A stretch of 64,000 bases of DNA. Origin: Nitrospirota bacterium. GTDB taxonomy: Bacteria; Nitrospirota; Nitrospiria; JACQBZ01. The translations under genes were made by a program, and so were the position numbers. Numbering within the stretch: position 1 is the stretch's first letter; every line of letters starts with the position of its first letter. The stretch covers positions 64,385-128,384 of the forward strand of contig JACQBZ010000035.1 of the NCBI GenBank assembly GCA_016194285.1, in the 5' to 3' direction. The notes below the pieces were generated by a model. It had not been told where the DNA came from, ran no database searches, and saw only the letters and a list, made by a program, of their open reading frames with translations. Positions 48,461 to 54,643 of the stretch are shown here, one piece after another.

Positions 48461-49507
48461 TTAGGAATCTATTAAAAGATTGTTCTTCCTAAGCAGGTCC
48501 CTGATTTCATCCTTGCTCATTAAAGCCTCCGCTGAGGTGTACTCTTTTTTAAGGCAAGGGGTGATCTCTTCAGATGATCTTAATTCTGGAAGTATGGGTT
48601 GAATGGCGAAACAACCACCCCGATCAATCGTTCGATAACACTCCTCATCAGAAATGAGCACTTCATGTACTTTTTCACCCGGACGGATGCCGATGTATTC
48701 TATTTTTATTCTTCTCCGATCAACCAGAACTTCAACAACATCTGTGATTTTAGCCGACGGGACTTTGGGAATATAGGTCTCTCCCCGATCCGCACTCTTT
48801 ATAGCAGCGAATACAGTATCAACGGCCTTATCCAGGCTCATCATAAACCTCGTCATATCGGGATCCGTAATCGTTACAGGGCCTCCTCTTTTTATTTGAT
48901 CAATAAACAATGGAATGACCGAGCCCCTTGAAGCCAAAACATTCCCATATCTTGAGCAAATAAATCGTGTTTGGGGGCACTTTAGATTCCCGCCAATCAA
49001 AATCCGCTCTTGGATTGACTTCGTCATTCCCATAACGTTAACCGGTTTGCAAGCCTTATCGGTCGAAACGGCGACTACGGTTTCCACCTTGAAGTCATTA
49101 CACGCAATGGCCGTTACGATATTATTCGCTCCATGAATATTCGTCTGAACGGCCTCAAAGGGGAAATATTCACACGTCGGCACCTGTTTCAAGGCGGCCG
49201 CATTGATAACAATGTCCACGTCTTTTAACGCCATTTGAACCGAGTGAAAGTTACGGATATCCCCGATCTGGAATTCCAGGACATCAGTGGGTTCCCGGTA
49301 AATAATTTCATCTGTGGCCGATAATTTATGCTTCCACTCCAACCTCATTTGATGCTGCTTCGCTTCATCACGGGAAAAGACGATTACCTTGGAGGGGAGG
49401 CCAAGTTCGCCGGTCAGAATCCTTGAGATCAGCTTCTGCCCTAAGGAACCGGTGCCGCCCGAGATCAGTATTTTCTTGCCTTTAAATATCAATCGAGCTC
49501 CTTTCAT
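48461..49507 (-). CDS. UDP-GlcNAc 4,6-dehydratase/5-epimerase, CapE/FnlA/WbvB/PseB family
   Basis: ILISGGTGSLGQKL...AAALKQVPTCEYFPFEAV...STDKAC.PVN.MG.TK...RYGNVLASRGSVIPLFIDQIKRGGPVTITDPDMTRFMMSL. Confidence 0.85.
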   Translation of the reverse strand: MKGARLIFKGKKILISGGTGSLGQKLISRILTGELGLPSKVIVFSRDEAKQHQMRLEWKHKLSATDEIIYREPTDVLEFQIGDIRNFHSVQMALKDVDIVINAAALKQVPTCEYFPFEAVQTNIHGANNIVTAIACNDFKVETVVAVSTDKACKPVNVMGMTKSIQERILIGGNLKCPQTRFICSRYGNVLASRGSVIPLFIDQIKRGGPVTITDPDMTRFMMSLDKAVDTVFAAIKSADRGETYIPKVPSAKITDVVEVLVDRRRIKIEYIGIRPGEKVHEVLISDEECYRTIDRGGCFAIQPILPELRSSEEITPCLKKEYTSAEALMSKDEIRDLLRKNNLLIDS

Positions 49508-49538
49508 TTTTAGATCGTCCTTCGCTTGATTGGACCCT

Positions 49539-50423
49539 TTAAAAACGCCACTCTTCGTAAGCCGGAACCCTTTGAGCCAAGTCCTCTATCATTTCATTCC
49601 ATGTGGGAATACGGATGTGTGTCATCTCTCTGAACTTTGTTGAGTCAAGACTTCTGTTCATAACAACGAAATCATCCGGAATAACGTCCATGCCTAACTT
49701 TAATGTCTTGTCAAGTTTTTTTAATAGATCATACTTATTAATCGCTTCAGTTGAAACATGGAGCAGGCCATTCACGTTCGAATGTTTTTCAATGAGAATT
49801 CCAATAATTTCAGCGATGGCATAGGTCGTTAACCCGGAGAAAACTGCCTTTCGGTAACCGCGGACCTTCCCTTTCTGTGAAAGGAACCACTCCAGAAGAC
49901 CTTTCGACCCCGATAATTGCCTTCCCACAATGGATGCCCTGAGTGTCAAGCATCTATTCCCGGTCACCTCCCCCAGATATTTCGTCCTGCCATATAAGTC
50001 ATCCGCATCCGGAAAATCATTTTCCACATAGTTTCCTTTTTCGCCTGAAAACACGCAATCCGTACTCATATGTATTAAGCGTATATTTCCATCGTCGCAC
50101 AGCCTCGCCAGCTTGTGTGGAAACAGAGCATTCAAAGAAATGGCCGCAATAGGATATTTTCCTTCCGGCAACTGTTTTACGATACCCACACAATTTACAA
50201 TAACACTTGGCCTTGCAATCTCCAACGCTCTTTTCAAATCATTGTCGTCAAGCACATTAACTTCATCGATAATGCTCTTGTCATCCCTGCTAAAAAACAA
50301 ACAACTTCTCCTAAGTTCCTTAAGGCCGCCACGGATAGATCCGAACGTTTCAAGTTTATCCCTTAAATGTGACCAAATAGCATGTCCAAGCATGCCGGTT
50401 ACGCCTAAAATCAAGATTCTCAT
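49539..50423 (-). CDS. RmlD-like (dTDP-4-dehydrorhamnose reductase family) SDR
   Basis: MRILILGVTGMLGHAI...STDCVFSG..G.Y.E.D...LYGRTKYLGE. Start trimmed to ATG 50423. Confidence 0.8.
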   Translation of the reverse strand: MRILILGVTGMLGHAIWSHLRDKLETFGSIRGGLKELRRSCLFFSRDDKSIIDEVNVLDDNDLKRALEIARPSVIVNCVGIVKQLPEGKYPIAAISLNALFPHKLARLCDDGNIRLIHMSTDCVFSGEKGNYVENDFPDADDLYGRTKYLGEVTGNRCLTLRASIVGRQLSGSKGLLEWFLSQKGKVRGYRKAVFSGLTTYAIAEIIGILIEKHSNVNGLLHVSTEAINKYDLLKKLDKTLKLGMDVIPDDFVVMNRSLDSTKFREMTHIRIPTWNEMIEDLAQRVPAYEEWRF

Positions 50424-50532
50424 CTCTCTTTCCTGGTCATCCTCCGGAAGAGGCTTGCACACAATCTTTGAGCCGGGTCGTGTGGTCTCGATCGATGTTC
50501 GTAACCGCCTCGCCCATGATGTGTTCACAGGA

Positions 50533-50544
50533 CAAGCTACCGCC
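50533..50544 (-). promoter_or_regulatory. ops (operon polarity suppressor) element
   Basis: Minus strand reads GGCGGTAGCTTG. This matches the enterobacterial ops consensus GGCGGTAGnnTG in all specified positions. It lies 85 nt after the rfaH-like stop and 110 nt before the first glycan gene. Confidence 0.7.
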
Positions 50545-50628
50545 ATTCCGGTCTATGACCGGCAGGCCGCCACTCGTTTCCATGTTGCCTTCAACTGCAA
50601 TTCCACCGGTACTTGCGCCGGCTTTCCT

Positions 50629-51162
50629 TTAGTGAACGCCTGCCCCGACAGCCACGACCTTTTCCCGTTCAATGACCACGCGGGCCTGATAGGCCAGGGC
50701 CTGAAGGAGCAGCACCACACGCTCCCCACCGCTCATCGGCCGCTCAAAGACGGCCAATAAACCCTTTAAAGGCCCTTCCTGGATCGTGACGGGGCCCTGA
50801 GGTTGAAGAGGAGGTTCAGGAAGGGTCACAAATCCTTCCTTCACACTTGCCCTCAGGCTATGGATGATCTCCGGATCTATGGGCTCCGGATGCGGGCCAA
50901 AGGCCACCACCCTTCGGACGCCCCTGGCATACTGCACGGTACGATAGTGTGATTCCAGACTGAATCGAGCGAAGAGATATCCCGGAAAGAGCGGGCCGGT
51001 CGCCACCTTCCGGCTTCCCCGAATCCGTTTACTCTCCCGAAGTTTCGGATAGAACATCTCAATCCCTGCGCGGCCCAGAAGCCACACCACCTGCTCTTCC
51101 TGATGCGGCTTGGTGTTCACGGCATACCATCGGGTACTGTCTTTCGCTCTCTCCAGAATCAT
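50629..51162 (-). CDS. RfaH-like specialised NusG paralogue (NGN + KOW)
   Basis: WYAVNTKPHQEEQV...PLFPGYLFARFS...ARGVRRVVAFG...IIHSL...VTIQEGPLKGLLAVFERPMSGGERVVLLLQAL aligns by eye along the whole length of E. coli RfaH (PLFPNYLFVEFD, TRGVSHFVRFG, VIITEGAFEGFQAIF). Confidence 0.8.
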   Translation of the reverse strand: MILERAKDSTRWYAVNTKPHQEEQVVWLLGRAGIEMFYPKLRESKRIRGSRKVATGPLFPGYLFARFSLESHYRTVQYARGVRRVVAFGPHPEPIDPEIIHSLRASVKEGFVTLPEPPLQPQGPVTIQEGPLKGLLAVFERPMSGGERVVLLLQALAYQARVVIEREKVVAVGAGVH

Positions 51163-51233
51163 CGACCATCATCCCTTGAGCTTGGCCTCGATTCTTGTGC
51201 CTTCCCTTCATACCGTTGCCTTATCTCTCCTAC

Positions 51234-51263
51234 AAATCTTAACAGGCCTGCGATGCCGCACAT
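51234..51263 (-). pseudogene. Relic 5' end of an asparagine-synthase gene (F1, 10 codons)
   Basis: ATGTGCGGCATCGCAGGCCTGTTAAGATTT = MCGIAGLLRF; compare MCGIAGLLKF in F3. Confidence 0.6.
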
Positions 51264-51335
51264 TTGCGTATATCGCGTTTTTGCGTTTGTCGCGTTTCTT
51301 GAGTTTATTGCGTTCATAGCGTTTGTAGCGTTTGT
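51264..51335. repeat. Eight tandem 9-bp units, consensus nGCGTTTnT
   Basis: TTGCGTATA TCGCGTTTT TGCGTTTGT CGCGTTTCT TGAGTTTAT TGCGTTCAT AGCGTTTGT AGCGTTTGT. Confidence 0.85.
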
Positions 51336-51343
51336 TTATATTA

Positions 51344-51372
51344 TTGACATTTGTGACATTAAATGCCATAAT
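51344..51372 (+). promoter_or_regulatory. sigma70 promoter of TA cassette 1 with TGACATT direct repeat
   Basis: TTGACA-17 nt-CATAAT. TTGACATTTGTGACATT contains TGACATT twice. RBS AAGGAGG precedes ATG 51396. Confidence 0.65.
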
Positions 51373-51395
51373 TGACGCAAAAGGAGGTTAAGACC

Positions 51396-51704
51396 ATGGC
51401 ACTGACAGCCCAGTATGAGAAAACGTACACCGCCGAGGAGGTGGCGGAACTCCTCCACTGCAGTCCCGGCGGAGTTCGATCCATGATCCGTCGAGGAAAC
51501 TTGCGAGCCATTAAGGTCGGTCGGCGATATCTCGTCCCCGAATCGGCAATTGATGCCCTTGGATTTTCCAATCTTAAACTCTTTTCAGACATTAAGGATG
51601 CCTCGGCATATGTCCGTAAAATACGCAGGGCGGCGGAGATGAAACCCGACGGCCGCAAGAAGTCGGCCAAGGAGTTCATCAATGAGATTAAGTCCGCTAA
51701 ATGA
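51396..51704 (+). CDS. Excisionase/MerR-type HTH antitoxin (cassette 1)
   Basis: YTAEEVAELLHCSPGGVRSMIRRGNLRAIKVGRRYLVPESAIDAL; ATGA overlap with the PIN gene. Confidence 0.75.
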   Translation: MALTAQYEKTYTAEEVAELLHCSPGGVRSMIRRGNLRAIKVGRRYLVPESAIDALGFSNLKLFSDIKDASAYVRKIRRAAEMKPDGRKKSAKEFINEIKSAK

Positions 51705-52141
51705 GGCCGGAGCTCCGTGAGCGGGTGCGCCCGCCGGCCCAGAAGGGCCTTCTCCTGGACACCGACGTCCTGATTAACATTCTGAAACATATCCCTGGTT
51801 ATGCTTCCCTTTTCCACCGGCAGTCCCGTCGGCTTTACTATGCCTCAATCTCTAAAAAAGAACTCTACGGCAAGCACGGACTGACAAGATCCGAGGCCAT
51901 TGCCATTGCCGAGCTTCTTACAAAAATACGTAAAGTCGATCTGGACCGTTCGATTCTGCGACGTTATGATTCCCTGCTTCGCAGATATCATCATCGCCGC
52001 CTCCTTAAGGCGGATGCCCTCATCGCAGCCACGGCCTGGGCCAAGGGCCTCATCCTGATCACGGGTAATGTGACCGACTTTTCCTTCATTGAGGAAATCC
52101 AAGTTGTCTCCCCCGATGATCTTCCGGTTCGGCCGCTTTAA
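51701..52141 (+). CDS. PIN-domain toxin (VapC-like, cassette 1)
   Basis: LLLDTDVLINIL...SKKELY...KADALIAATAWAKGLILITGNVTDF. Confidence 0.8.
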   Translation: MRPELRERVRPPAQKGLLLDTDVLINILKHIPGYASLFHRQSRRLYYASISKKELYGKHGLTRSEAIAIAELLTKIRKVDLDRSILRRYDSLLRRYHHRRLLKADALIAATAWAKGLILITGNVTDFSFIEEIQVVSPDDLPVRPL

Positions 52142-52144
52142 ATG

Positions 52145-52270
52145 CCGTAAGGCATTAGGCGTGAGGCGGAAGGCGTGAGGGGGAAAAAACCGTGAAGCGT
52201 GAGGCGGGAGGCGTTAGGAGAGTTGATGAGCTACCCCCTGACCCCTTACGCCTTACGTCTTTTACCCCTT
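52145..52270. repeat. GTNAGG-unit imperfect palindrome (R2)
   Basis: CCGTAAGGCATTAGGCGTGAGGCGGAAGGCGTGAGGGGGaaaaaaCCGTGAAGCGTGAGGCGGGAGGCGTTAGGAG ... CCCCCTGACCCCTTACGCCTTACG. Confidence 0.8.
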
Positions 52271-52272
52271 CC

Positions 52273-52302
52273 TTGACACCCCGCCCCAAATCCTGATATT
52301 CT
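52273..52302 (+). promoter_or_regulatory. sigma70 promoter of TA cassette 2
   Basis: TTGACA-18 nt-TATTCT. RBS GGAGGG precedes ATG 52350. Confidence 0.5.
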
Positions 52303-52349
52303 ATATTTCAGAAATTCCAACTTTTTACCTTTTGGCATTGGAGGGTCCC

Positions 52350-52631
52350 ATGAGTCAACCCAAACCGCTCACCAAGCTGGTCAGGCCGCTTCCGAAGGGA
52401 CAGATCACGCTCCCGATCGAGTTCCGGCGCCGCTTGAAGATCGATGATAAAACAATTTTGAGCCTTTCACTCAAGGGCTCCAAGATCGAGATCCTCCCGC
52501 TTCGCCCCATGTCCCGCAAGGCGGATCTGCGGGAATACGAAGAGGATGAGATCCAGACGTTTCTAAATGAAGACCGGCTCGATCCAAAGACGGCAGGGAA
52601 AGTCCGTCGTCTCCTCAGGAAAACGGCGTGA
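52350..52631 (+). CDS. AbrB/SpoVT-type antitoxin (cassette 2)
   Basis: LPKGQITLPIEFRRRLKIDDKTILSLSLKGSKIEILP (swapped-hairpin motif); GTGA overlap with the PIN gene. Confidence 0.78.
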   Translation: MSQPKPLTKLVRPLPKGQITLPIEFRRRLKIDDKTILSLSLKGSKIEILPLRPMSRKADLREYEEDEIQTFLNEDRLDPKTAGKVRRLLRKTA

Positions 52632-53074
52632 AGCCGGTTCCCCGCCTGTTTCTGGACGCCAGCGTATGGATTGCGGCGGCCGGTTCGACGACCGGTGGTT
52701 CCGCGGCGACCCTCGAACTGTGCCGCCGGAATAAAACCCGGGCCGTTGCCAGCCGCTTCGTCCTTCTCGAGGCCGAGCGCAACATCCGGAAGAAACTGGG
52801 CCGCGAGGCCCTGCTCCGTTTCTACCGGGAGATCGCCTCTCTCGAAATCAAGGTGATCGAGACACCGACTTCGCGCGAGATCGCCGCTCAAAACCGGACC
52901 ATCGACTCCAAGGATGCCCATGTCCTGGCCGCAGCCGTGAAGAGCCACGCCGAATTTCTTCTGACTCTGGATCGCAAGGACTTTATGACGTCGAAGGTGC
53001 TTCATGCCGGACTTCCTTTCCAGATCATGACGCCGGGTGATTTTCTGCGATTCTGGCTTGAAAAACAAACATAG
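52628..53074 (+). CDS. PIN-domain toxin (cassette 2)
   Basis: LFLDASVWIAA...VLLEAERN...SKDAHVLAAAV...LTLDRKDF. Confidence 0.8.
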   Translation: MKPVPRLFLDASVWIAAAGSTTGGSAATLELCRRNKTRAVASRFVLLEAERNIRKKLGREALLRFYREIASLEIKVIETPTSREIAAQNRTIDSKDAHVLAAAVKSHAEFLLTLDRKDFMTSKVLHAGLPFQIMTPGDFLRFWLEKQT

Positions 53075-53104
53075 TGCCTCGCCCCTCTTGCCCCACTTGA
53101 TCAT

Positions 53105-53260
53105 CCCCTTGCCATCCGGCCCCCGATGGACCCGGGCGTCGATCATCCTCCGCACGGCCGAGACGTCTTCGGGCCTGCTTGCCGCCCGCCTGCCGGACAG
53201 GCAGGGACAGGCGGGCGTCATGGAAGCGTTAAATTTTAAGATGCCGGCGATGCCGCACAT
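53105..53260 (-). pseudogene. Relic 5' end of an asparagine-synthase gene (F2, 52 codons including a 39-nt palindromic insert)
   Basis: MCGIAGILKFNASMTP[ACPCLSGRRAASR]PEDVSAVRRMIDARVHRGPDGKG. Similarity stops 30 nt from the cassette-2 PIN stop. Confidence 0.8.
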
Positions 53261-53283
53261 TTTTAATACCCCGACCCTCTTTC

Positions 53284-53312
53284 TTGACACCGGCCACGTA
53301 ATCTTTTATAGT
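53284..53312 (+). promoter_or_regulatory. sigma70 promoter of TA cassette 3 (possibly leaderless)
   Basis: TTGACA-17 nt-TATAGT. ATG 53320 lies 7 nt after the -10; a second ATG at 53338 has AAGGA upstream. Confidence 0.6.
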
Positions 53313-53319
53313 TACTCAT

Positions 53320-53529
53320 ATGAAAAAGGAATCCGCCATGAAACCATTCAAAACAACGCCTCATTCTTTGTACTCCAAAGAGATGGAGAAGTTCATCGAA
53401 AAAATAAAGAAACTGGCCCAGAAAGGAAAACTGAACTACGAACAGGATCCCTTCTGGTCCGCCGCTCCTCAGAAACTGGGACGAACCAACAGCTCCAAAC
53501 TCGACGCCCTCCTCTATCGAAAATCTTGA
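53320..53529 (+). CDS. Putative antitoxin of cassette 3 (family not recognised)
   Basis: 69-aa ORF whose TGA overlaps the ATG of the PIN gene (TGATG). Assignment is by position only. Confidence 0.55.
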   Translation: MKKESAMKPFKTTPHSLYSKEMEKFIEKIKKLAQKGKLNYEQDPFWSAAPQKLGRTNSSKLDALLYRKS

Positions 53530-53960
53530 TGGAACTGATCTTCCTCGACACTTCTTTTCTTTTCGCCTACTATAACCAAAACGATAAACACCATCAAAGG
53601 GCCCATCGTTTCTTCCAAGAGGTGATTCAAAACCACTCGGCCGAAATCGGCTGGGTCCTCACCGACTATATCTTCGATGAATTAGTCACCCTGATTCTCA
53701 TACGGACCAAGGATAAGACCAAAGCCATTTTCACGGGAAAGTCCCTTCTCAATTCCAAAACCATTCAGCTTTTCCATTTAAAACCTGAAACGATTGACCG
53801 CTCATGGACTCTTTTTACAAAGTATCGAGATAAATTGTGGAGTTTCACGGATTGCACCTCGATTACGTTCATGCAAGAAAACCGTATCTCTAAAGTCGCC
53901 ACCTTTGATGTCCACTTTAAAGAAGCCGGCCTCGTCTCCGTCCCGCTCGTTCGCGGTTAA
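53529..53960 (+). CDS. PIN-domain toxin (VapC-like, cassette 3)
   Basis: MELIFLDTSFLFAYYNQND...DYIFDELVTL...FTDCTSITFMQENRISKVATFDVHF. Only the last 143 aa of ORF 53037..53960 are gene-like. Confidence 0.8.
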   Translation: MELIFLDTSFLFAYYNQNDKHHQRAHRFFQEVIQNHSAEIGWVLTDYIFDELVTLILIRTKDKTKAIFTGKSLLNSKTIQLFHLKPETIDRSWTLFTKYRDKLWSFTDCTSITFMQENRISKVATFDVHFKEAGLVSVPLVRG

Positions 53961-53997
53961 CGAGGGGACTTAACCGCTACGCGTATCGCCGCTTTTT

Positions 53998-54026
53998 TTG
54001 ATTTTCACAGCCGACTCTTTTATAAT
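53998..54026 (+). promoter_or_regulatory. sigma70 promoter upstream of the small hydrophobic ORF
   Basis: TTGATT-17 nt-TATAAT. Confidence 0.55.
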
Positions 54027-54105
54027 CAATCCATCCGGAATATTAATCGCATTCATTGTTTTAGGTCTCGGATTAGTCATCACGCCCGAAGAAAAGGAGT
54101 GACTC

Positions 54106-54207
54106 ATGGAGATCATCATCTTGATCCTCGCAGGCTTGGCGCTTTTTGCCGCGGTCGCCGCTGGTTACTTTAAGTACTCCGAGTGGAGAAATAAACATCA
54201 GCATTAA
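54106..54207 (+). CDS. 33-aa hydrophobic peptide (single TM helix + basic tail)
   Basis: Below the ORF-track cutoff. RBS AAAAGGAG lies 6 nt before the ATG. Sequence MEIIILILAGLALFAAVAAGYFKYSEWRNKHQH. Confidence 0.5.
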   Translation: MEIIILILAGLALFAAVAAGYFKYSEWRNKHQH

Positions 54208-54308
54208 TCATCCCTCCTTGCCCTCGACCCGAACAGAAGAATATGCCGCACGGATGGCCCCGGTCTCCGCCGCAACTCGGCCGCATATTCTTTCACAACC
54301 TGATCCAT
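54204..54308 (-). pseudogene. Truncated MNT-type nucleotidyltransferase fragment
   Basis: RBS GAGGAGG. MDQVVKEYAAELRRRPGPSVRHILLFGSRARRDD then stop; the LFGSxARG motif is present but the catalytic DxD part is missing. Confidence 0.4.
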
Positions 54309-54438
54309 CTTGACGCCCTCCTCATTTCCCAATCATCTTATCAAAGCGGACGGGATACATTGTACCTTACATTCTCCTATAAAGTCCCGCATCCCTTGAA
54401 GCCTTCGCTCGATTTCTCCCGTCTCGCGCAGATCGATA

Positions 54439-54555
54439 CAGTCCCTCCCCATCCGGCCCGCGATGGATATGGGCGTTGATCATCCGTCGGACGGCCGAGA
54501 CGTCTTCGGGCGTCGTGGGAGCGTTAAATTTTAAGAGACCGGCTATTCCACACAT
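54439..54555 (-). pseudogene. Relic 5' end of an asparagine-synthase gene (F3, 39 codons)
   Basis: MCGIAGLLKFNAPTTPEDVSAVRRMINAHIHRGPDGEG, after which the reading frame loses all AsnB character. Confidence 0.8.
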
Positions 54556-54610
54556 GGGTTAACTACCGTGAGGCGTGAGGCGGAAAGCGTGAGGGGGAAA
54601 AGATTAACCC
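54556..54610. repeat. GTNAGG-unit repeat (R3) enclosed by GGGTTAA/TTAACCC arms
   Basis: GGGTTAACTACCGTGAGGCGTGAGGCGGAAAGCGTGAGGGGGAAAAGATTAACCC. Confidence 0.8.
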
Positions 54611-54643
54611 CGCACACTCAAAACCTTACGCAATTTAACGCCG

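Noticed and set aside
27030-50760. Numerous 60-250-aa plus-strand ORFs inside the AT-rich island. Examples: 27030..27563, 29736..30098, 40055..40810, 42922..43302, 43653..44024 and 50113..50760.
   Set aside because: All are antisense to minus-strand genes with clear GT, AsnB, ABC or SDR motifs, and show no motifs of their own.
52355-53290. 311-aa minus-strand ORF spanning asnB stub F2 and the antisense of TA cassette 2.
   Set aside because: Only its residues 11-62 (MCGIAG...HRGPDGKG) look like a real protein. The rest is antisense to two well-supported plus-strand genes and has no family features. I treat it as a stub plus read-through.
53037-53528. N-terminal 164 aa of ORF 53037..53960.
   Set aside because: This part is antisense to stub F2 and overlaps the cassette-3 antitoxin in another frame. 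The PIN domain begins at MELIFLDTS (ATG 53529), with the usual TGATG coupling.
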